Part shown: one piece after another, positions 1 to 10,801 of the stretch
How positions within the stretch are numbered: position 1 is the first letter of the stretch
Layout of the letters: each line of letters begins with the position of its first letter
NCBI GenBank assembly: GCA_045837725.1
Contig: JBEWZL010000066.1
Span: 492,183 to 512,182, forward strand
Length of the DNA: 20,000 nucleotides
DNA from: Vermamoeba vermiformis
Lineage: Eukaryota
Direction: 5' to 3'
The notes under the pieces: model-generated
What the model was told of the DNA's origin: nothing
Database searches by the model: none
The model's input: only the letters and a program-made list of their open reading frames with translations
Made by a program: the position numbers and the translations under genes

Positions 1-3000
1 CGCGAGCTCAATTTGAACCAATCAACGCTATTAAATCTTAAACCGAGGCAATTGAAGCGCCTGCTAAAGATTTGCCCCAAGTTAGAGACGCTGTTCGTTG
101 CTGGTTTGTCCTTGGATGCGAGCAGTGCAGATATTTTAATCAAATACGGCAAAAAACTAAAGTCCCTCGATCTTACGAGCAGTGCCGCTTCGAATGCCCA
201 TTTGGTTCGAGAATTGCCGGATCTGACCTTGCTCATAAGTACGTCGTAGCTTTTACATCCTAACGTTACTGACTCTTACAGACATGAAAAATGAATGGGA
301 AGCGAATAGACTGCCCAGTGAAGATTTTTCCAGCATACGAGAAAACATTACCGTTGTGACTAACCCTAATTTGAGGTAAATATTACTTCATGGTCTTCAC
401 GACGATTTTAACTAATTCAATTCCTACTCGTAGAAACTCGATTTGGAAGGCCAGTACGGCAGAGATTACGGGCATTATTCCGGCCATTAAGAACTTGACC
501 TTTTGCGATGTGTTCGGCTCAACGTTATTCCACAAATTTGTCGACGCAGATACCTCTCTGAACACGTCTGCTCTCTTAGAACATCTCGTTAGAAATCTTG
601 GCTTCAACGTTAATGTATCGTAAGTAGTACCGTCTATCAAAGCACAAAATACTTAGTCAAATGTAGCGTGGTTGATCGTGATCGCGTGAGAATTAACCCG
701 TGGGTCTCGAACTTCCCGTACGACACTGCCCACGACAACATGTACGGCGATGTTAACTGGAATCATGCTACCGCTAAGACTCTCGAAGTGGTAAGTCTAG
801 TGACCTATGTTGGTGGCATTGTGCTTATTTGTATCAGGGCGACACCGCGTTACATAAAGCCGTAAAAATGAATCGCATTTGGCACGCAAAATAGCTTGAT
901 TTCTGTGGGTGCTAATGTCAATGCACGCAACAAGTACGTCCTACATCGGTCCGTTACACTTGTAAATAACGTTAACATTCGATGTTTTAGGGAGGGCCGA
1001 ACACCTCTGTGTTACGCGAACCACGAAGAGGCAGTCCATGAGTTGCTCAAGGCAGGTGCTGATGTGAAAGTTATTGATAGACACGGCTGGTCTGTCGTGA
1101 TGAATTTCATCGCTAACAAGTCCCGACTGCCAAATCGTAAGTGAATCTATTGTCCATCATTTCATTAATTATTTGCACGCAGCCCAAGTGCCTGCTGCCG
1201 CCAGAGCTCGAATTGTCGACGATTTAATTAAGGCTGGTGTTGCTGTTGAACATCGTGCCAAATCGGGACTTTCGGCCCTCGAGGTAAGAACATCAACAAG
1301 GAAATGGAGGCTTTACTTAATGAGTCTTCAGATTGCTTTGCTGAGCGCTGATTGGTCGATGGCCGAGTCGATGTTGAAGCATTCAATACCTCCTAGCAAA
1401 GACGTTCCCAAGAACAGTTTAGGTCCGCTGCACTGTCTCTGTTTAGCAAAGGTTGCAGACGATGGAGTACAAGCCCAACACCAGACTGTGAGTATTAATA
1501 GCTGCCACAAAAGGGCGAGCATTAACAATTGTCCTAGTTGGCGGCGTTGCTCAACTCCGAGTCAGCTGAATTGTTCCGCACCGACGACCAAGGTCAAACT
1601 GCCATGCACGTAGCTTGCATCATCAAGCGATATGACCTCGCTAATAGAATGTTGGTGTAAGTCTTTGGCTTGGAAAACTAACGCGACATTCACTGACCGG
1701 AACAGACACGCGAGTTCAGAAGAGGCAGTCAAGTTGTTCTCAATGCCTGACAAATCGGGCTATACTGCACTGCACTACGCGTTCTTGCCAGAATTGAAAG
1801 AAGAAGCTCCCGATCGCAATCTGCCCTCGTACAGCAGAAGCATGTTGGTGAACGGCAAAGACACGTGGGTGAAGAATTTGAAGCAAGTCAAAGCAAAGCT
1901 GCCTTCGTTAGTTGTGGAGCACGAAGAATTTTTCGTGAATCTGATGCAAGTCACCGGTCTCGATGTGAACGTCAAGTCGCAACACAATGAGACCCCGTTG
2001 TTGCTCTTGTGCAAGTCAATTTGCTCGGACGAAGTCGCTTCTAAATTAGCGCGTCGATTGCTCGAATGCAGCGCCGATCCAAACATTGCTGTAAGCTCTC
2101 ACCACTTGTTTATATTTCGCTAGTTTACTGACGGCAGTATCAAGGATGATCAAGGCACAACGCCGTTACAATTAGCAGCGTACGCCCAAAAAGAAGAATT
2201 AGTCAAGTTGCTGCTCAAGCACAATGCCGATGCCAATTTATCAGATCGCAAAGGAATCAACGCGTTACTTGCCGCTACCATCGGGTGTTTGAAGGTGACA
2301 GAAGAATTTGCCGAGCAGCGCAAGAGAATTGACCAATATAACTCTAACAACGACGAGATCGGCGCTCAAATCGACGATAAGTCGGAGAGGGCTATTCAAA
2401 AGGTCCATGGCATCTTGGATGCGTTGTTGCCTGTGACAAAGGACGTGAACAAGCCCGAGGACGTAAGTTCTACCATCATTCGATGATGAGTTAAATTGAC
2501 ATCTTATTGACGCAGGTTTTGGGCAAAACGGCGTTACACTACTTGTGCGCGTGTACTTCTGTCACCGAAGACATCAAAAAGTTTGTCCAGGAGTACGGAG
2601 CAAGCATGGAGGTCCGAGACATCATCGGCGAAACACCAATCCACGATACGCTGCGAAAGTCTAACTGGCAGAATTTGAAGACCTTGATTGACTTGGGTTG
2701 TGACGTGAACTCTGTAGGCTCACGCGGTTGTTCACGTACGTATATCATACAACATTACAGCTGTGGTCATTCGATTAATGATTGGTTCAACGCAGCTCTC
2801 CACAAAGCACTTTCAACATCCGAAATCTACCGATTGTCACGAGTCGAAGGAGATATATTTGCTGAGGGCTACAAGATTGTCGGGTAAGCACAACACGCCC
2901 TTTGAAAGTCTTGTCTTAACGGTGTTGGCAGTCACTCTTTGGTCTTCTATCCCTCGTGGCTTTGGGTGAGCATTGAAGAGGACGAAACAACAGTTAACAA

Positions 3001-4450
3001 CAACAATCGCGTGTATCGCAACGATTGGGAGTACTACGAGCAAATGTATCGACTGATCTTCGTGTTGTTTACCGTAGCTGACAAGCTGGACTTCAACCTC
3101 GTGAATAGCCGTGGTGAATTGCCACTTCATTTGGTAATATCGGTAAAGCCTGGCTTAAGGTTGTATCTGACATTCTATATTTAGGCTTGGTTCTTTGACG
3201 AGGAAGAACGAGTTTGGGTCGACACCGTGTTCGCTGACTTCCCGTACGTACCCGAAGAACGTGAGCAAACAAGACCTCGCGTGGGTCATTCCTTTGTTGA
3301 TGTTGGAGCACGCTACAAAAGAGCAGCTCAATACGCTCGACAAAACTGGTCAGAGTCCATTCCACGCTTTACTGTGCACCAACTACGTGCGCCCAAGTTA
3401 TTACTCAACGCGATCACCGACGTTCAAACCAGGGTATGTGACATGTATTCTGTAAATGAGCAGTATTAACTCCTGCGTAGTGTGACAAAGATCGTCAAGA
3501 TGTGCTTGGACAAAGGTGCCGATATTGCAGTTACGACTTCAGACGACGAGAACAGTCTCACTATGGCTTGCAGGAACAATGTTTACAGTGATATTCTAGA
3601 GCTTTTGCTTAACCACAGCACCAGCGGTAAGTCACTCTTCCGAAGTCTTTTATCTTCTAATTATGGCTCAGAAGCGTTGGGCAACACGGTTGACAGCAGC
3701 GGTGACACGCTGTTGCATAAAATCCTCAGTGTCAATCGCGATACCCGCGACGAAAATGACGCTGCCGTTACTCTGCTTCTAGAGCGGTTTCCGGAGCTCA
3801 TCAACGAGTACAATAATGAAGGCTTTACACCGCTGATGGTCTTTATCAAGGATTTCGATTACAGCAGTTACAACAGGGTACGAGAGACTATTCGCAATCC
3901 TTAACAGGACCCTAACAATTGGCACAGGGAACTCCACCCAAGTCGAAAGTCAGCGAAACTCTGTTGAAGTTCAAAGGCATCGATGTCAATGCACGCAGCC
4001 AGAGCACGGGTGAAACTGCACTGCATTTATTGTGCTCGTGGTGGTTCCCGTTCAGCATTTTTGGTGCATTCTACAACAACTCTGATTTGTTTTACCACCT
4101 CGGAAATGATAACATGCTCGTTCAACTGATTGAGGGTAAGTCACTTAAAGTTTTGGCAGAGCATCTAACAATTCGACGTAGCCGGTGCCGATCCGTCTAT
4201 TCAGGATAATTCCGGAAGAACTTGCTATGATATTTTACCAAACCTTCGCCAGATTGTAGATAAATATGGACAATTCATGCTTCGGAAGGCAAAATTATCC
4301 GCTCTTCCCAAGCTGGAGCAAGAACTGGGTGAGAATCAACAAACGAGAATCTTGGACATGCTTCAAGTTACATTTGCACATCCCCAACATGGTGCCAATA
4401 ATGATCAGAATGATGACGATAATGATCTTGGATTTGGTTTGTTTGACTGA
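1..4450 (+). CDS. Multi-exon LRR (RNI/F-box-associated type) + ankyrin-repeat protein, 5' end outside the window
   Basis: Successive + ORFs are joined by ~45-55 nt GT..AG introns (e.g. 239-281, 4136-4181). LRR-like CPKLETLFV and KLKSLDLT occur at the start. Many ankyrin motifs follow (GRTPLCYA..LLKAGADV, SGYTALHYA, NETPLLLLC, GKTALHYLC, GETPIHD, GDTLLHKI, GETALHLLC). The last exon 4182-4450 ends ...NDDDNDLGFGLFD-TGA. Confidence 0.9.
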
Positions 4451-4525
4451 AAATGGAGGGTTTGTTGGGTCATTTTATAATAAATATTGGGGCTTGTTTT
4501 ACATAATTAGAAATATATATATTAT

Positions 4526-6100
4526 CTACAGGTCGGCAGATTGACTGGTGCTTGTATGCGTGTTAACCCCAGCGAGCGACTGACGCGTCTGACGATTCTT
4601 GGACGCGTTGTTCGATTTGTCCGTGGAGGAGTTACTGGAACCATTCTTGCGGAAGAAGATCAACGACTGCATCAAGTCGAGAGTGTCCAACACTACGAAG
4701 ATACAGAACCAGAGAGAGCCGCGACCTGAAGGTGAGGACAGGCCAGTGATAACTACAGCCAGGAACAGTGCTGCATTAGCGATCAAACAGATTCCAACAC
4801 CGATAGCCCTGAACGTGATCTGTTATTTGCTAGTCAGTACTTTCATCAATAGAGGCAATACTACAGAAGAACTTACGCGTTCAAGTCGCTTCTTGGTGCT
4901 TTTTTTATGTTTTAAAATGACGATGATCTTTCCTGCGGTGACCAAGTAGAATATGGCGAGACCAAGGGAGACTGCTGCGTTGAAAGACCCGTTGACTTGA
5001 GTCCAAGTGGTTGTCGGCACCGCTACAGAATGTTTAATTCAAACTGCTAAATTGTACTTTTTCTTGCAGCTACGTACTAATTGGATAAACGAAAGCAATG
5101 GCACGGAGTGTTCCGAATGCGATCTCACAACCAAACAACAGGCCGATAATGATGAAGAAAGGCACTTTGAATTTACCCACGAGTTGGTTGACATTGAGTG
5201 ACATGCCGTGGATGACATCGTGCCTAATAAAGGCATCGTTAATATCAAACCAAGAACCGGACGATAGAGTTAACTTACCAATAGAAGGTGATGAGAATAG
5301 TGACCGTTAGTGTGAACGGTTGCGACAAAGTCCATAATGCATGGCCAGCTGAATACGGGTAAATTTGCCGAGAAAACAGTGGATCCACTACAAGAAGATG
5401 GTTAAGACCAAATAGTTATATTCGACAACGTAGCACCGCAATGTTACAAAAATGAAATCTAAAAATACTCACCGGCAACGTAAGCAAAGCGAACTAAAAA
5501 AATAGTTGGTTAATAAATAACTCACCTTGATCGTTTAAAGATCAGACTGACTTATATTTCCCGAAATGATCAACACCAAGCAAATAATAGGCAATTTTCG
5601 GCGTGTTCCGTGCGCCAACAAGTTAAGCATAAGGTTCACTGCGCTAAATACAATCAAGAAAGCGGAGTAGGTGCCCAAAAACGCCGAGAAGAATGGCATA
5701 AAGGTTTCGTTCCATATTAACCAAGGATTATTGCCTAATAAAAATATTGAATTTAGCAAAATTTATACAGTCGAAAATTAATCTAAAAAAGGGTTTTCTG
5801 AATTAAACGTGAATTAAGTGCCCGCTTATTACCTAGTGGGTCGACAGTCGCATTTACTGGAAAAGATCCGTTGGCTAATATTCCGGCAATTCGTGAAAAG
5901 TTTGCGCTCGAGATCTGCCACGCACTTAAATAAATGCCGTCAAGAGATGTTCCGTCGAGGATAAAGTTTGCGCTTCCGGGAGGTCGAGCTATATTAGAAT
6001 AACCAATTAATACTGAACTATGATTAGATTGAGCGCTGTCCCATGTCGTCGAAATTTCACCTAAGGATAAATCGCAACGGCAAAGGCGTATTAATGACAT
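4526..6100 (-). CDS. Multi-exon 7-TM-like membrane protein with an extracellular N-terminal region (start codon uncertain)
   Basis: Minus-strand exons give an N-terminal region with N-x-S/T sites (NHS, NFS, NGS, NAT). About seven hydrophobic segments follow (FFSAFLGTYSAFLIVF; LPIICLVLII; DPLFSRQ..LTVTILITFYW; VPFFIIIGLLF; VSLGLAIFYLV; IANAALFLAVV; LWFCIFVV), then a Ser/Thr-rich tail ending QSADL-TAG. Confidence 0.75.
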
Positions 6101-6729
6101 TAAAGCAACAATAGGATTTAACTCAATGTACGTGACGAGTTATGTTTGAGGCAAAGGAAATCAATTTCAGTTGAAACGTAATAATAATACTAACGGATAT
6201 GAGCGTCGCCGATGATGACACCTAGCGCTCCTCGTGACTGCTGCGATCTGATTTGTGACACGTACATGCCACGATCGTACGCCATTAGCACGAGCATGCC
6301 AGTGACATCCGGTGCTTTTTCGGAGACGATTAAGGCCGTGATAGTCTCGTTGCGGAAGTTGTTCGGGTAAATGATTGGAAAGGCGACGTAAGTGCCTGCA
6401 GCGGGTGACGAGTGAATGACGAGTGTGGCTTGAATACCAATTAAGCAAGCGAGCAGAAGTATAGCGAATGAACCTTAAGGACAATTAGTAACGGATCGAA
6501 ACACCAAAATATCTTGATGTACTTTTCAAATGCAGCATTGTGTCCGTTAGTGGATCCTTCTCGGGAGTACTAATTGAAGATTAATGACGTCTTTCGTTCT
6601 TTTATATTTTACTGGGCTAATTTTGTCGTCCTACTAAAATAGCTATTCCTAATTTAGAATAATACCGTTTTGCGTACGCCGGGTCGGCTAATTATAACCG
6701 CGAGAAATTGTAGTATATAGTGATTAAAT

Positions 6730-8610
6730 TAATGTAAAAATAGAACCGGAAAATAGCCGAAGAGGTATTCGAAACCTGGATCCCATGCAATTAATTTCTA
6801 AATTGGTTATTCAGCCGAACCTTTTGCATTCCATCGATCGTCCATATATTTTAACCGAATATCGTGATGCTCATCTTCATAAGGCAAAGCGTAGGCTGAT
6901 TGAGAATCAAAAGTCGTTGCATCATCTTTAGCAATAATAAATAATCAATTAGTTCAGCGCCGAAAAACTCTATTCATAGTAACAACGTATCTTCTTGACA
7001 ATAGGATAACTTACTTGAAGGATTCCTGAGCGAAGTCCAAGAGGCGCCGATCTGCGGTCCATTCGCAACAAATAGCTTCGCGGGATTAGGATCCCAATCT
7101 AAACGGTAAATGTGAGATGTATGCAATATATTTACCGTATAATAAGCTTAGTTATTCTGAGTAAGCACGTACTAGTCCAGATGCGATGACCACACGGTTC
7201 AGTCGCGCTGCCGAATGTAGGTCACTTTAGATGGCGCGGTACGGCATGTACGACTTGAACTCTTTGAACTCTTTGCTCTCCGTGCTTGACGACCCAGTAG
7301 CAGTGCACGCTGAGTTTCTACGACATTATTGTTAGCGACGGAAATTCCGTATTTTAATACGTCATACCCTAGGCAGTTTGCGGTACGTTGAACTGCGAGA
7401 CAATATGCCAAATTCCTCCCGTCACTCCGAGCACAGCAAACCGCTTGCGAATGGTGGTGGGGATCAACCAGCTGTGAACTATGTTAGCAAAGCTCTCGTA
7501 TCAAAAAAACAAATCTCGTACCTAAAAACACGCCACCCAGCGCAGCACTTCCCGCCCCGCTCGCAATACCCATGCCGAGTGGCACGGCGGTCTTGCAGCG
7601 AAAGATATGATATCTTTTTCGAGATTGACGTGCGAAGCACTTACTTGGCGAGTTCTATTCAATCTTCGACGCCTCGTTCCACAGCCAGTGCGAACTTCAA
7701 TTTCTTTTTGCGCAAAGTCGAACAGCTTTTGTCGCTCTTTTCTAGCCATGAGAACGCGACCGAGATTTAATTCGCAAATTCTTAGGTATTTTAATACGTC
7801 TTCGAATGCATCTTATTTTTAAAATAATTAATATCGCTGATCAATAAGTGTAATTATTTGATGAGCTACCTTCAAGCGCCCTTTTGCTTTTCAATTTCCA
7901 CGCGATTGTCTTTAAATCCCTCTCGCAAATTCGGCACGAATACGACGTCGCCGCCGCACACGATTTGATTTTTAAACATTAAAAGTTTTTCCTTTTTTTT
8001 TTGTTTGGGGGGTGGGGGATGGTATTTTAGGGGCCCCCCGTAAAAAAACCAGGACTGCATAATTATTAGTTAAATAATTAAGGTAGTGGTATAATGGCTT
8101 ACCAGTCAATTAACGCAATGCCTGAATGCTCGATCCGTTCGAACAAAAGACGGCGTAATCGGACTTCGCGACTAAGAGGCACCTGTTTCGTGTTAATAAA
8201 CGTTGAAACTATATCTAAATATAATATTACCTCGGGTAGTCTCGGTGGAGTCAATAATCAACGGCAGTGTCTCGCGCAAATTGTCTTTCGCTGATCCAAG
8301 GATTATTTACGAGCTCTGACAACGCTGTTTTGCGAGGCTCGTCATTAAAGTCGAACGCGTCTAAATAGAGGCAATTAATTTTATTAAGCAGTTATTATGA
8401 GGTGGCTTACCGAACGTCGTGTTGGTGAACCAGCAATTGCCAAGTACTTTTGCCGGCCCTTTTCTCACCGTACAATGAGATGAATAATATTGAATTTTCG
8501 ACGTCGGCGAGTTGCTGGCGGACAGTAATTGGAGTTGCTTGCGAAAGGAGAGTCGGATTTGAATTTTAACGATTTTTCGATTTTACCAATCTCTTCTTGT
8601 TCCATAAATG
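6730..8610 (-). pseudogene. Degenerate or mis-assembled P-loop GTPase gene (dynamin-like/TRAFAC type), boundaries approximate
   Basis: G1 motif ILFISLY-GEKRAGKST at 8469-8443. G3 motif GIALIDCPGF forms across intron 8055-8102 (GTAAGC..CTAAT..TGCAG). Downstream exons join in frame (KRALE|DAFEDVLKY). Frameshifts and stops intervene, especially in the homopolymer-rich stretch 7975-8050. Confidence 0.55.
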
Positions 8611-9281
8611 TCTGATATCTTCGAATTAGTACGAAGGAGTATTTGGAATCGGAACGGCTTGATAATCGTCATTTTCAAATAAAGAAATAAATCGCTCTTT
8701 TAACGCAAAAATAGTCTTCTAAAATATTACTAATAATATGGTTAATAGATAATTTACGATAAAGAATTATTTGAAATTATTTCAGTGCAAAATTCGGACT
8801 GAAAAAATGAATTACTTTGTATTGCGGACACCACCGGGCTGCTCTGCTAATAACGTTATCATTATTATCTGCCTTCATTCAATCTTGCAGTAACTCGGCG
8901 TGGCTGCTTTGGCTCGAGCTGAGCGATACTGAATCCCGCTCCATCCGTTCAATTTCAAATATCACAATACAAGGATCGTCGTTATTTTGTTTTCATCGAC
9001 GCTCGTCTTGGTGTCTAAAACAGGCTTTACTGTTGTCTGAAAAAAAACGTTATCTCTCGCGGCAATTTTTTGATTCAAAATTTCGTGGATTTGGGAACGC
9101 GAGTCTGTAAGTCTGTTCATAGCTTGTTGGGGGTAGGAGCGATGACTATTAAAGATGATTGGCGCCAAGGGACAGAAAAATGCATGAACGTCACGTGTCA
9201 GTCACCAGTCAGAGTTTTGGAACAAGCGAAAGCAATTTTTTTTCAACTTCTGTCGAAGTTACCACAAAATTAACCTCAACA

Positions 9282-9520
9282 ATGTCGTCAATCATTGAAA
9301 AATATTGGAAACGATTTGATTCGCATCCAGCTGAATCGCAGGTAAGGATAATAAATTAAGACGTTTTACGCTACAACGCCAACACATGCCATGGCCTACC
9401 ATACATAATAATAATATGATTAAAATTGTATTACAGTAATTAAATAATGCAGTTGATGATGTAATTTTGACTTTCAGTGGTGTTTCTAGCGCGATCTAGT
9501 TCGTAACATTATTTTCAAAG
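9282..9520 (+). CDS. Putative 5' exons (9282-9341, 9490-9520) of the homeodomain-Ulp1 gene interrupted by the transposon
   Basis: ACAATG start gives MSSIIEKYWKRFDSHPAESQ|GTAAGG. Acceptor TCTAG at 9489 gives RDLVRNIIFK-g|GT. The phase-1 join to 16659 gives ...IIFKEYFEWLITITQIKRH. Confidence 0.5.
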
Positions 9521-9543
9521 GTTACCAAATAGGACACACAAAG

Positions 9544-9580
9544 ATCGAAAGGTATTGTAAAAGTGCATTTGGGTACATTT
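9544..9580 (+). repeat. Left terminal inverted repeat
   Basis: ATCGAAAGGTATTGTAAAAGTGCATTTGGGTACATTT matches the reverse complement of 16585-16621 (ATCGAAAAGTATTGTAAAAACGCATTTGAGTAAATTT) at 32/37 positions. Confidence 0.85.
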
Positions 9581-9583
9581 AGT

Positions 9584-10627
9584 TTATTTACGGTACATAA
9601 ACTTTTGCTTTGCTCTTCTATTATTGTATTGAGGGCGGCCCAGGCTTGGTCTTCCAATAGAGTTGCGTATCACTCTAGGTCGTCCACGCTTTCCTTTGCG
9701 CACTGCATAGTGAAGAGCTTGCTTGTCCTGGTGAGTAATTTCAGTTTGTTCCAGCTCCATTGCCCATCCACTATAAGGACCAACAGATTCTTTGGATACA
9801 TCTTCTGTTGGTACATAGGGAAGCTGTCCCCCTGGTCCTTTCCACCAAATCTTCTTTCCACTGGAGTCAAAGGCACGTTGGGAGTCTTGTTTGCCATACA
9901 CCTTCAGGAAATCATTCTCAAACCAAGTTTTCATTTGAGCATCTTGCATGTTGTAGTGATCTGGTAACTTGGCAATGAATTCCATCACAATTGCATGTAG
10001 AGCATCCAACAGAGTTTGCAAAAACTGAGGTTCGTTCAGGAGGCTAGCAGGAGTGAAAGGTGGAATGTTTGCCTTATGGAGAGTTTCAGCACGCAGATAG
10101 TTTCCAACTCCAGGAAAGAAGTCTTGATCCAGCATCAATACACAGAGAGGAGTAGTAGCCAGGTTCTTGCGGGTAGCTTTCAACTTCTGTTGCAGGTGCT
10201 TTTTGAATGCTGATGGTTCAAGGAAGAAGTCATGTGAAAGAGTGTCAGGCTTGTAATCCACATATATAACAATGTGGTTGCTGGGCTTGTGGAAGAGTCC
10301 AATGACCAAGCCATCTGCACGATGGAAAGCAATAGCCACAAATTTGCTTTCAGCTTCATACTGTTCAGGGGTAAGAAACACAACTTGTCCTTTCATGCTG
10401 AGAGAGATGTAGAGAGTGTGCTTAAGTTGACGTTTTTGCCGCAGCTTGATAATAAGCCACTTTCCAATGGCAGAGGCAGAGAGAGTATACTGTCCATTCA
10501 TGGTAGGTAGGGGCTCTGAAGAAGTAGGTACTTTGTATGGACCAGTGGAGATTGAGTTGAACTTGTGGCCCTTTGCTTTGGCATTGATGGCACTTGCATC
10601 TAGCTTGTTTTCAAGGTATTCTGGCAT
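9584..10627 (-). CDS. NEIL1-like Fpg/Nei DNA glycosylase/AP lyase, intronless, 347 aa, basic AT-hook-like C-tail
   Basis: True start is M-P-E at 10627 (catalytic Pro2/Glu3). It has the conserved GK (SAIGKWL), the H2TH motif LMLDQDFFPGVGNYLRAETLHKANIPPF, and a NEIL1-type zincless-finger region LKVYGK..DSSGKKIWWKG. The tail contains KRGRPR and LGRP. Confidence 0.88.
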   Translation of the reverse strand: MPEYLENKLDASAINAKAKGHKFNSISTGPYKVPTSSEPLPTMNGQYTLSASAIGKWLIIKLRQKRQLKHTLYISLSMKGQVVFLTPEQYEAESKFVAIAFHRADGLVIGLFHKPSNHIVIYVDYKPDTLSHDFFLEPSAFKKHLQQKLKATRKNLATTPLCVLMLDQDFFPGVGNYLRAETLHKANIPPFTPASLLNEPQFLQTLLDALHAIVMEFIAKLPDHYNMQDAQMKTWFENDFLKVYGKQDSQRAFDSSGKKIWWKGPGGQLPYVPTEDVSKESVGPYSGWAMELEQTEITHQDKQALHYAVRKGKRGRPRVIRNSIGRPSLGRPQYNNRRAKQKFMYRK

Positions 10628-10801
10628 TTGTTGTGTTGTCTTTAGAATCAATTTAAAAATGACAGTTTGCTAAGAATTCTCCTTTTATACCCTACTATTT
10701 TAGAAATTCAGCGAAATTTTGACAAAAAATCAACGAAATCTATTACTTCTAGAAGTTTCTCATTTTATTTAACTAGCAAGAATTTCGCAGAACGTCAGGA
10801 A

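Noticed and set aside
383-3849. Numerous short minus-strand ORFs
   Set aside because: They are antisense shadows of the ankyrin gene exons with no recognisable motifs.
8006-8057. Minus-strand CAGTCCTGG..GGGGGGCCCC resembling a hAT/MITE terminus
   Set aside because: I found no partner repeat in the adjacent sequence. The CAG is better explained as the splice acceptor that creates the DCPG motif.
10628-10651. ORF-track N-terminal extension (MILKTTQQ) of the glycosylase
   Set aside because: It starts at a TTG. Fpg/Nei enzymes need Pro2 right after the initiator Met, so the ATG at 10627 is the start.
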